The notes beneath the pieces were generated by a model. It made no database searches and was not told the origin of the DNA. It worked only from the letters and a program-made list of their open reading frames with translations. The position numbers and the translations under genes were made by a program. Of a stretch of 32,000 nt of DNA, positions 6,877-15,120 are shown piece by piece (the first letter of the stretch is position 1; each line of letters starts with the position of its first letter). The stretch is from Fastidiosibacter lacustris (lineage in GTDB: Bacteria; Pseudomonadota; Gammaproteobacteria; Francisellales; Francisellaceae): NCBI RefSeq assembly GCF_003428155.1, contig NZ_QLIR01000002.1, forward strand, positions 1 to 32,000, given 5' to 3'.

Positions 6877-6948
6877 AGGAAATGGCGTACTTCCTAAGCT
6901 ATTTTGAGAAAAAAGCTTAAACTATCCTTTAAGATTGATGACGCCTAA
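6877..6948 (+). promoter_or_regulatory. Fluoride riboswitch (crcB motif)
   Basis: The P1 stem AGGAA/UUCCU encloses AUGGCGUAC. The elements AAACU, a short P3 stem (AUC..GAU) and UGAUGACGCCUAA follow. The ACGCC in that last element can pair with GGCGU in the P1 loop to form the pseudoknot. The layout matches known examples (..GAUGGnGU..AAAC..[P3]..UGAUGAnnCCUA). It lies 37 nt upstream of crcB. Confidence 0.7.
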
Positions 6949-6984
6949 TTTATTAGGTAAGAATTAAACTTAAAAGGAGAAAAT

Positions 6985-7380
6985 ATGTTAACTTTATTAT
7001 TTGTTGGTATCGGTGGTGGCTTAGGCTCAGTATGTCGTTTTGGTGTATCAGAACTAGGGGCTAAGCTTTTGGGAAAGTCTTTTCCTTTTGGCATTTTTAT
7101 CGTTAATGTGGTTGGTTGTTTTGCTATTGGAATAGTTGCTGCATTTTTATTAGAAGAGCGCTTTTGGGTAAACGTTTCAACACATCATGCGCGTGCACTT
7201 CTTATTACCGGATTTATAGGCGGGTTTACCACTTTTTCTAGTTTTAGTTTAGATGCACTGATGTTGTTTCAAAAAGGTGAATGGACAAAGGCGATGACTT
7301 ATATTGTATTGAGCGTTATTATCTCAATGGTTGCGGTTACTATTGGTTTTTATTTAGTTAAACGTTGTTTGACTGTCTGA
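6985..7380 (+). CDS. crcB: Fluoride ion channel CrcB/FluC
   Basis: The 131-aa product has 4 TM segments, with GGGLGSVCRF and GFIGGFTTFSSF motifs typical of CrcB. AAGGAG lies upstream of the ATG. Confidence 0.92.
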   Translation: MLTLLFVGIGGGLGSVCRFGVSELGAKLLGKSFPFGIFIVNVVGCFAIGIVAAFLLEERFWVNVSTHHARALLITGFIGGFTTFSSFSLDALMLFQKGEWTKAMTYIVLSVIISMVAVTIGFYLVKRCLTV

Positions 7381-7393
7381 TTTCTATAAATTC

Positions 7394-7642
7394 TTATGTC
7401 TCTAACTCTATAAAATGATGAGCATTTGCAATGCAAATTAATATTTCATTTTCTTTAGTAAAGGCCAAAGGCATTTTTAGATAGTGAATATGACCTTTTA
7501 TTAATTTGCAGCGACATGTCCCACAGATGCCATTGCGACATTGAAAGTTGGGTGAAATTTGATTTTGTTCAAGTATTTCTAAAATACTTTTATCCTTGCT
7601 TGTTGTTTCAATGACATGCTTATTATATTTAATCACAGTCAT
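7394..7642 (-). CDS. yfaE: 2Fe-2S ferredoxin YfaE (NrdB maintenance)
   Basis: The 82-aa product carries CRNGICGTCRC and a later C, the plant-type ferredoxin pattern. It lies directly 3' of nrdB, as in E. coli nrdAB-yfaE. Confidence 0.85.
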   Translation of the reverse strand: MTVIKYNKHVIETTSKDKSILEILEQNQISPNFQCRNGICGTCRCKLIKGHIHYLKMPLAFTKENEILICIANAHHFIELET

Positions 7643-7645
7643 CGT

Positions 7646-8803
7646 TTATAACTCAAAATCACTAAAAGCATTTTCAGCGACATTGCTGTCGATTTGACCA
7701 ACTAGATATGAACTAATTTCAGTTTCTTGAGGTGCTACTTGGACATTATCAGAGTTAAGATAGGTATTAATCCAAGGAATAGGGTTGCTTTTGGGTGTTT
7801 GGATGTCACTTGTGTTTAAGCCTACGGCTTGCATACGCTCTTTAGCTAAATAGTCTATATACTGGCAAAGAATTTGTTCATTTAAACCTAAAATTGAGCC
7901 TTTAGAGAATAGGTATTTTGCCCATGCTTTTTCTTGTTCGACAGCTTTTTTAAAAATGTTTTGTGCTTCTAGTTGTGAATTATGGGCAATTTGAGTGAAC
8001 TCAGGATCACCGTCTTTGCCTTCTAGAATAATATTAATCATATGCTGAGTGCTTGTTAAATGAAGTGCTTCATCGCGTGCAATAAGCTTCATAATCTTAC
8101 CGCAGCCTTCTAATTTCTTTTGTTCTGAAAATGCAAAGGTACAAGCAAAACTAACATAAAAGCGAATAGCCTCAAGGGCATTAACTGCATGGAGGGCTAA
8201 ATACAGTGCCTTTTTGACTGAGCGGGAAGTAACCTCTATGATGTTTCCTTCTACTTCATAAGTACCTTCCCCTCTAGATTGCAATAATTGTGTTTTAAGG
8301 ATTAGATCATCATAATAACAAGTAATGTCTCCTGCACGTTCTCTGATTTCCTTAGTTCCAATAATTTCATTAAATATTGGACTTGGATTATCTAAAAGTG
8401 AACGTACTATATGAGTATAGGATCGGCTATGTATAGTTTCCGAAAAACTCCATGTTTCCACCCAGGTTTCAAGTTCAGGTAAGGATACTAACGGTAAAAA
8501 GGCAAGGTTTGGACTTCTGCCTTGTACGGAATCCAATAGGGTTTGATACTGTAAATTAGATAGAAAAATATGACATTCATTGTCATTGAATTTTTGGAAA
8601 TCGATTCGATCACGGCTTAAATCAATTTCTTCTGGACGCCAAAAGAAAGACAACTGCTTTTCGATGAGGCGTTCAAAAATAGGGTGTTTCTGTTGATCAA
8701 AACGAGATACATTGACCGCTTTGCCGAAAAAGATCGGTTCATTTAATGGGTTATTAGATTGTGTTTGAAATGTAGAGTATATATATGGATTAATCATTGT
8801 CAA
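7646..8803 (-). CDS. nrdB: Class Ia ribonucleotide reductase beta subunit
   Basis: The 385-aa product is near-colinear with E. coli NrdB ([58 protein letters not shown]). Confidence 0.97.
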   Translation of the reverse strand: MTMINPYIYSTFQTQSNNPLNEPIFFGKAVNVSRFDQQKHPIFERLIEKQLSFFWRPEEIDLSRDRIDFQKFNDNECHIFLSNLQYQTLLDSVQGRSPNLAFLPLVSLPELETWVETWSFSETIHSRSYTHIVRSLLDNPSPIFNEIIGTKEIRERAGDITCYYDDLILKTQLLQSRGEGTYEVEGNIIEVTSRSVKKALYLALHAVNALEAIRFYVSFACTFAFSEQKKLEGCGKIMKLIARDEALHLTSTQHMINIILEGKDGDPEFTQIAHNSQLEAQNIFKKAVEQEKAWAKYLFSKGSILGLNEQILCQYIDYLAKERMQAVGLNTSDIQTPKSNPIPWINTYLNSDNVQVAPQETEISSYLVGQIDSNVAENAFSDFEL

Positions 8804-8808
8804 TTACC

Positions 8809-11073
8809 TTAAATTTTACATGCCCCGGATTCACATTCATCAATTGTCTGTACTGTTTTTTGTTCAGCATGATCACGAGTGTTATGATAATAAAGTGTTT
8901 TCAAGCCATATCTATAGGCCGTTAAAAGGTCGCCAAGTAAAGTTTGCATGGGGACCTTTTGATCAGGGTAGTGCATAGGGTCATAGTTGGTGTTTGCAGA
9001 AATTGATTGATCAATAAATTTCTGAATAATAGCGCAAATTTTTAAATAGCCTGAATTGTTTGGAATTTGCCATAAAAGTTCATAATTGTATCTATATCGC
9101 TTAATGTCAGGAACGACTTGTTTCAATACACCATCTTTACTTTGTTTAATTGAAACTAGTCCGCGCGGTGGCTCAATACCATTGGTAGCGTTTGAAATTT
9201 GAGAAGAAGTTTCAGATGGCATGATAGCACTTAAAGTTGAGTTGCGAAGACCGTATTTTTTAATATTCTTTCTCAATGTTTCCCAGTCTAGTTGTAAAGG
9301 ATAAGAAGAAAACTGGTCAATGGTTTTTTTGTAATGATCAATAGGTAAGAGTCCTTGAGCATAAGTTGTCTCATGGAACCATTCGCAAGGTGATTTTTCT
9401 TTAGCGAGGTTATTCGATGCTTTAAGTAAATAATACTGAATCGCTTCAAAAGCCTTATGTGCAATCTCATTAGCGCTGCCATCACTATAACGCACGTTAT
9501 TTTTTGCTAAGAAATAAGCAAAGTTAATGACCCCCACGCCTAAACTACGTCTAGCCTTAGCGGGAATTTCAGCACTAGTCAGAGGATAGTTTTGGTAATC
9601 CAACAAATTATCAAGTGCTTTTACAATAAGCTCCGCTAAATACTCAAGCTCATCTAAAGATGTTAAAGCCCCAAGGTTAAAGGCAGAAAGTGTACAAAGG
9701 GCAATTTCACCCTTATCATCAGAAATATTGACCAAGGGTTTAGTAGGCAGTGTGATTTCCATACACAAATTAGATTGCTTAATAGGTGCAAGTTTACTAT
9801 TAAATGCGGAATGTGTATTGCTATGGTCAACATTCTGAATATAAATGCGACCAGTTTGCGCACGTTCTTGCATTAAGATGGAAAAAAGCTCAGTAGCTTT
9901 AATTGTCTTTTTGCGAATGCTTGGATCATCTTCATAAGCGCCATATAATCTTTCAAACTCATCTTGATCAGCAAAAAAAGCTTCGTATAAGCCAGGCACA
10001 TCTGCGGGACTAAACAGCGTGATATTTTGCTGATTGATTAAGCGTTGATACATCAGTCTATTGATCTGTACACCATAATCTAGATGGCGAATACGATTAT
10101 CTTCAACACCACGATTATTTTTAAGCACAAGTAAAGATTCTGCTTCTAAGTGCCAAATAGGATAAAAAAGCGTTGCAGCACCTCCCCTTACACCACCTTG
10201 CGAACAAGATTTAACGGCTGTTTGAAAATATTTATAAAAAGGAATACAACCCGTGTGGAGGGCTTCCCCTTTTCGGATTTCACTTCCCAAAGCTCGAATC
10301 TTTCCAGCATTAATACCAATACCCGCACGTTGAGAAACGTATTTTACAGTCGCCGAAGCAGAAGCATTGATCGAATCTAGGCTGTCATCCGTGTCAATTA
10401 ATACACATGAGCTAAATTGTCTAGTTGGTGTCCTAACGCCCGCCATGATTGGTGTTGGTAGTGAAAGTTTAAATTGGCTAATTGCATCATAAAAATCAAG
10501 CACGTAACGCATGCGAGTGGTTTTGTCATGCTTTGAGAATAAACAGGCACTTACGAGAATGTAAAGCATTTGGGGTGTTTCGTAGATTTCACCACTAACT
10601 CGATTTTGTACCAAGTATTTGCCTTGCATTTGATTCACCGCAGCATAGGTGAAATTCATATCACGCCAGTGGTCAATATGCTTATTCATTTGATCAAATT
10701 CAGCTTTACTATAATCCTCAAGCAAATGAGAATCATATTTTTTTGCCTTAACTAATTTTTTAACATGATCATAAATATGAGGTGGCTCAAATTCGCCATA
10801 AGCAAGTTTGCGTAAATGAAAAATAGCAAGACGTGCTGCCATATATTGGTAATCAGGAGTATTTTCAGAAATTAAATCAGCAGCACTTTTAACAATGATT
10901 GCTTGAATATCCGATGTTTTCATCCCTTCATAAAGTTGAATATGGGAATTAATTTCAACTTGAGAAACCGACACATCTTCCAAGCCTTCGGCAGCCCAAG
11001 TTAATACACGATGAATCTTATCTAGATCAACCGCTTCAAGTTTACCATTTCTTTTAGTAACGTTAACGTTCAT
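8809..11073 (-). CDS. nrdA: Class Ia ribonucleotide reductase alpha subunit
   Basis: The 754-aa product is near-colinear with E. coli NrdA (VTKRNGKLEAVDLDKIHRVL, SCSQGGVRGGAATLFYP, NLCMEI, PSETSSQISNATNGIEPPRG, CESGACKI). Confidence 0.97.
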   Translation of the reverse strand: MNVNVTKRNGKLEAVDLDKIHRVLTWAAEGLEDVSVSQVEINSHIQLYEGMKTSDIQAIIVKSAADLISENTPDYQYMAARLAIFHLRKLAYGEFEPPHIYDHVKKLVKAKKYDSHLLEDYSKAEFDQMNKHIDHWRDMNFTYAAVNQMQGKYLVQNRVSGEIYETPQMLYILVSACLFSKHDKTTRMRYVLDFYDAISQFKLSLPTPIMAGVRTPTRQFSSCVLIDTDDSLDSINASASATVKYVSQRAGIGINAGKIRALGSEIRKGEALHTGCIPFYKYFQTAVKSCSQGGVRGGAATLFYPIWHLEAESLLVLKNNRGVEDNRIRHLDYGVQINRLMYQRLINQQNITLFSPADVPGLYEAFFADQDEFERLYGAYEDDPSIRKKTIKATELFSILMQERAQTGRIYIQNVDHSNTHSAFNSKLAPIKQSNLCMEITLPTKPLVNISDDKGEIALCTLSAFNLGALTSLDELEYLAELIVKALDNLLDYQNYPLTSAEIPAKARRSLGVGVINFAYFLAKNNVRYSDGSANEIAHKAFEAIQYYLLKASNNLAKEKSPCEWFHETTYAQGLLPIDHYKKTIDQFSSYPLQLDWETLRKNIKKYGLRNSTLSAIMPSETSSQISNATNGIEPPRGLVSIKQSKDGVLKQVVPDIKRYRYNYELLWQIPNNSGYLKICAIIQKFIDQSISANTNYDPMHYPDQKVPMQTLLGDLLTAYRYGLKTLYYHNTRDHAEQKTVQTIDECESGACKI

Positions 11074-11297
11074 TGCTTTGTTTCCTTATCATGGTAGTGT
11101 GTTTAATGTAATACATAACATCAAATTATCAATCTGGGTAAAAACAAAAGACCACATAGAAGGAATATAAAACGCAGACTCAACTTTAGAAGTTGAATCA
11201 TTGTAACTAAATAAATATTAACCTCTGTGTCTGCTTCATCCCACGAAAGCTGTTTTACACAATTGATACCCGTAACAAGAAAATCACATTGGGTATC

Positions 11298-11488
11298 TAT
11301 CAACTAATGGCAGGTATTCGGGCTTTATGGACACGTTGTTGTATTGACAACACCTACTCAACACAGCTTCCCAGTTTACACCAGTGCTTTTTTATTTATG
11401 CAAATCTAAATAAACGTGTTTTTCGTTTCCAATTACCGCTGCGGGTCAGCTCTGGATTTTCACCAGATTCCCTCTTGGTAACGATATA
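11298..11488 (-). promoter_or_regulatory. Cobalamin (B12) riboswitch in the nrdA leader
   Basis: The minus strand reads ..AGAGGGAATCTGGTGAAAATCCAGAGCTGACCCGCAGCGGTAA.. (nt 11473-11433). It continues with ..AGCACTGGTGTAAACTGGGAAG.. (B12 box around 11379-11387) and ..AAAGCCCGAATACCTGCC.. (11327-11310). These are nearly the same conserved blocks as the E. coli btuB riboswitch. A P1 candidate pairs TATCGTTA with TAGTTGATA. The element lies about 225 nt upstream of the nrdA ATG on the same strand. Confidence 0.88.
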
Positions 11489-11772
11489 AAAATAAGTTGA
11501 CTCAATCTCTTTGCCTCTTCTTTTGTAGTAAAGATCTCACCGTTTTTCAGTGAGCGTGAAGGGAAGTAAAGGAGCAATTTATTTTTTTGTTACTTGAGTT
11601 GAAATGCAAAAGCATCACAAACCAATTAGCATAAGTGAGAATTATTTTAACTGAAAATAAGAAAAAATACGATCTATTTTTCCACTTGATAGGTCAAGCA
11701 GTAAGTAAGATTTTGTGGGGACGGTTAATTTTAGAACTGTGCTTAATGAGTTCATTTAAACTTGCGAGCTTT

Positions 11773-12780
11773 TTATTTTCCTTGTGCTTTGTTGATTGCA
11801 TCTTGGATGGTTGCTTGAGGTGCAAAGCCTGGAATAACCGTTGTATTATTAGTTGTTGCTCCTGTTAATGGGATCACGATAATAGCAGGTGTGCCTTGAA
11901 TGCCAAGTTTATCAAAACCAAGCTTCATGTCTGCTGCGATGTTATCGGTAACTTTTTTCTCTTTAATTAGACTTTCGGCTTTGGCGACATCAATGCCTAA
12001 TTTTTGGGCAACATCATTAATATCTTTAATGCTTAGCTTGCCTTCATCAATCCCTTTTGCAAATACAGCATTGTGATATTTTAGGTACCCTTCAGAGCCA
12101 TTTAAGATATAGGCAGCAATACCCATTTCAGCTGCATATTGGGAAGCTTCCCAACGCTGACCGAAAATTGGGAATTCTTTGAAAATGTATTTCACATTTG
12201 GATTGGCATCCATGACTTTTTCCATTATTGGCGCTATTTTGTGACAATATACACATTGATAGTCAAAGAATTGAATGACTGCCACTTTGGCATCTTTGGG
12301 ACCAACTGTTGGTGTTTGTTCATTAGAGAGGAGGGCTTTGGCGTTTTCAATGACAGATTTAACTTGTTTTGCTTCTTGTGTTAGCATTAAACTTTTTTGG
12401 AAAGTCTGCATAATGTCTTGCATTTGCTCTGGGTTAAATTTACCAGCTTGACCTGATATACCTGCTTTGAATCCTGTTAATATTGCAGTATTGTCAAGGC
12501 TTGCGCCTTGCGCTTTTAATTGAGCTGTGACATTTTCAGCAACGCTATAGCCAAGTGTATAGCTTACGTTTTGGAGAAGTTCTTGCTTATTATTGGTGCT
12601 GATAGATGGTTTAGCGATTGCTTCTTTAGGTTCGGCTACAACTTGTGTTTCTACACTTTTAGTCACTTCTTTAGAAGCTTTGTTGTTACCATTTGATTCT
12701 GATTTGGAACAGCCAGCTAATGCAGTTGCAAGTAAGGCTGAGCCAAAAGCTCCAATTAAAATTTTTTTAGATATATTCAT
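11773..12780 (-). CDS. DsbA-family thiol:disulfide oxidoreductase lipoprotein with an N-terminal FKBP_N (Mip-type dimerisation) domain; FipB/DsbA2-like
   Basis: The ATG at 12780 gives MNISKKILIGAFGSALLATALAGC, a signal peptide with lipobox LAGC. An FKBP_N-like segment follows (VSYTLGYSVAENVTAQLKAQG...TGFKAGISG...EQMQDIMQTFQ). Then comes a thioredoxin fold with FDYQCVYCHK (CxxC). Confidence 0.85.
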   Translation of the reverse strand: MNISKKILIGAFGSALLATALAGCSKSESNGNNKASKEVTKSVETQVVAEPKEAIAKPSISTNNKQELLQNVSYTLGYSVAENVTAQLKAQGASLDNTAILTGFKAGISGQAGKFNPEQMQDIMQTFQKSLMLTQEAKQVKSVIENAKALLSNEQTPTVGPKDAKVAVIQFFDYQCVYCHKIAPIMEKVMDANPNVKYIFKEFPIFGQRWEASQYAAEMGIAAYILNGSEGYLKYHNAVFAKGIDEGKLSIKDINDVAQKLGIDVAKAESLIKEKKVTDNIAADMKLGFDKLGIQGTPAIIVIPLTGATTNNTTVIPGFAPQATIQDAINKAQGK

Positions 12781-13063
12781 TTTTGATGAAACTCCATATT
12801 TTATTTGTTTAACTGTATCGGCAAAGACTATAACAGAGTCATTGCTAAAATGAAAAAGATTCATGCTGATTATTTGGCGTTACACATATTGCTCTATGGA
12901 TCAGTTTTTGTCATATATATCTTGAAATCAAGGTGACATAATTATCTAGTGGAGAAGTTGATTATCTCAAATTTAATTTTAAGGTTTAAATAAAAAATTT
13001 AAATAAACTTAGCTAACACCCATCTATAAATAAAGTATCAAAGGAAAAATAAAACCATTATTC

Positions 13064-13570
13064 TTAATTGTTATTGTTTGTTGTATCAGCTGCTTCTTTT
13101 GTGCTATCAACAGAAGGTTGGACACTTGTTGCTGCGTGTTCAGCATTGTTAGTAGTTGCTTTAAAGTTAGCTTCAGATTCTGTCTTGGTTTTAGCAGCTT
13201 CTGCTTCAGCTGCTTCTTCATCTGCCTTCATTTTAGCTTCCATTTCTTTTTGGAAAGCCTGCATAGATTGCTCCATTTGCTCTTGAGTGAGTTTCGGCTT
13301 ATTACCTTTAATACCCGCAGTGAAACCTTGTTCTAAGTTGTCAATATCAAGTGTTACATTTTGTTGGTGTAATTGCTCAGTCATGTTTTTACCAATTGAA
13401 TAGCCAATAGTATAACTTGCATCGGCCACATTATCCTGACTTACTGTGTTTGTAACAACAGTAGGTTTAGCAACAGCTGTTTCTTTTATCACATCAGCAT
13501 CAGCAAATGCGCTAGATATAAGTACACTACTTACTAATAATGATAAGGTGATTTTGGCTAATTTTTTCAT
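13064..13570 (-). CDS. Secreted FKBP_N-only (Mip N-terminal domain) protein without a PPIase domain; FipA-like
   Basis: The ATG at 13570 has GGAG 5 nt upstream. The signal peptide is MKKLAKITLSLLVSSVLISSAFA. The FKBP_N-like segment ASYTIGYSIGKNMTEQL...QGFTAGIKG...EQMEQSMQAFQKE is paralogous to the N-terminus of the downstream DsbA-like gene. The tail is low-complexity and rich in E, A, K, T and N. No FKBP catalytic domain is present. Confidence 0.75.
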   Translation of the reverse strand: MKKLAKITLSLLVSSVLISSAFADADVIKETAVAKPTVVTNTVSQDNVADASYTIGYSIGKNMTEQLHQQNVTLDIDNLEQGFTAGIKGNKPKLTQEQMEQSMQAFQKEMEAKMKADEEAAEAEAAKTKTESEANFKATTNNAEHAATSVQPSVDSTKEAADTTNNNN

Positions 13571-13747
13571 AATAACTCCAGTTGATTGATTACCTAATTT
13601 AAACAAAACCACTTTAGCTTAAACATGGGTTAGCAAAAGAACAAGCCTTTTACAGTGAAAAGAAGTAAAAACGTCAAAAAACAATGACATTTTATATCCA
13701 ATCGTTAAACTAAGCGATACCTTAAAAATTTCCTTAATATTTAATAA

Positions 13748-15094
13748 ATGATCAAAAATAATAAAAAAAGTGTCCCTGAGGGGGTGTTCCGTACAGTTAT
13801 CAGTAGTATGTCGCACGAAGGGCGTGGCATTGCTAAAATCAATGGAAAAACCACTTTTATCCCCTTCGTATTAACAGGAGAGGAGATCGAATTTGAATAT
13901 AGCAAGTGCAAGTTAAGCTATGATGAAGGCAAACTTGTGCGTGTGCTTAATGCCAGTAGTGAACGCGTAACTCCACCTTGCCAATATTTTGAAATATGTG
14001 GTGGATGTACCTTTCAACATATTTCTCCTGATGCGCAAATTCGCTTTAAAGAACAAACGTTGTTAAGTCACTTTAAGCATTTTGGTGCTGGCTTAGTCCC
14101 TAAAGAAATATTATTGCCGTTAAGATCGGCTTCATCAGAGGCTTACCGTACAAAAGCAAGACTAGGTGTGCGTTATGTACATAAAAAAAACAAAGTGTTA
14201 GTTGGTTTTCGAGAGCGTGATGGACGTTTTTTAGCAGACATTGATTCATGTCAAGTACTTCATCAAGACATTGGGCATAATTTAACAATACTGCAAAATT
14301 TCATCCAAGACTTGTCAATTTATCGCGAAATCCCACAGATTGAAGTGGCGGTAGATGAAAAAGTAACAGCACTTATTATTCGACATTTAGCACCCTTTAG
14401 TGATGAGGATCTAACTAAAATAACTGTATTTGCTCAAGTACATCATTTCTGGATTTATTTACAGGCTAAGGGACCAGATACGGTCACTCGATTCTATCCC
14501 ATGGTAGATCAAGAGCCCATTGAAATGTCATATCGGCTTAATGACTATGATTTGAATATTTATTTTGCTCCAAATGATTTTACTCAGGTGAATCAGGATA
14601 TTAATAATAAAATGCTAAAACAGGCATTAGAGTTACTTGATGTAAATAAGGATGATGTAGTGCTGGATCTATTTTGCGGCTTAGGAAATTTTAGTTTGCC
14701 ATTGGCAACAAAAGCCAAATATGTGGTTGGTATTGAAGGCGATTTAGAAATGACGCAGCGTGCTAAAATCAATGCCAATAAAAATGGTTTAGAAAATATA
14801 GCATTTTATCCTGGCAATTTATTTGAAGATATTTCTAAACATCCATGGATTTTGGAGAACCGCTTTAACAAACTGTCATTAGATCCACCACGAGCAGGTG
14901 CTGAAATGGTTTGCAGGCAAATTGATAAAATTAATCCTAAGCGAATCGTATATGTGTCATGTGATCCGGCAACACTGGCACGTGATGCAGGTATTTTAGT
15001 AAATGAGAAACGTTATAAGCTATTATCTGCCGGTGTCATGGATATGTTTCCACATACAACTCATGTGGAATCAATAGCAGTGTTTGGAAAATAA
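13748..15094 (+). CDS. rlmD: 23S rRNA (uracil1939-C5)-methyltransferase RlmD/RumA
   Basis: The 448-aa product has an N-terminal TRAM-like region and the Fe-S cysteine cluster CQYFEICGGC. It also has the SAM-binding motif DLFCGLGNFSLPLA and C-terminal PPRAG...YVSCDPATLARD. Confidence 0.88.
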   Translation: MIKNNKKSVPEGVFRTVISSMSHEGRGIAKINGKTTFIPFVLTGEEIEFEYSKCKLSYDEGKLVRVLNASSERVTPPCQYFEICGGCTFQHISPDAQIRFKEQTLLSHFKHFGAGLVPKEILLPLRSASSEAYRTKARLGVRYVHKKNKVLVGFRERDGRFLADIDSCQVLHQDIGHNLTILQNFIQDLSIYREIPQIEVAVDEKVTALIIRHLAPFSDEDLTKITVFAQVHHFWIYLQAKGPDTVTRFYPMVDQEPIEMSYRLNDYDLNIYFAPNDFTQVNQDINNKMLKQALELLDVNKDDVVLDLFCGLGNFSLPLATKAKYVVGIEGDLEMTQRAKINANKNGLENIAFYPGNLFEDISKHPWILENRFNKLSLDPPRAGAEMVCRQIDKINPKRIVYVSCDPATLARDAGILVNEKRYKLLSAGVMDMFPHTTHVESIAVFGK

Positions 15095-15120
15095 TATAAT
15101 TTTAAGAGAAGGGAATTACC

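Noticed and set aside
6944-6957. Hairpin CCTAA-TTTA-TTAGG right after the fluoride aptamer as its terminator
   Set aside because: It has only 5 AT-rich base pairs and no following U-tract, so it is not convincing as an intrinsic terminator.
11105-11115. Palindrome ATGTAATACAT just upstream of nrdA as a possible NrdR box
   Set aside because: It is only a 5-1-5 palindrome and does not match the 16-bp NrdR consensus (acaCwAtATaTwgtgt) as I remember it. No tandem second box lies at the expected ~31-32 bp spacing.
11121-11489. ORFs 11121-11303 (-) and 11289-11489 (+) in the nrdA leader
   Set aside because: The region is explained by the cobalamin riboswitch and its expression platform. Neither ORF has an SD sequence or recognisable protein features, and the + strand ORF is antisense to the aptamer.
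11635-11868. 77-aa + strand ORF overlapping the 3' end of the DsbA-like gene
   Set aside because: It is Cys/Leu-rich with no motif, and it overlaps a well-supported gene on the other strand.
13068-13336. Two 72-aa + strand ORFs antisense to the FipA-like gene tail
   Set aside because: They are artefacts of the low-complexity GCT/GAA-rich sequence encoding the E/A/K tail, which gives open frames on both strands.
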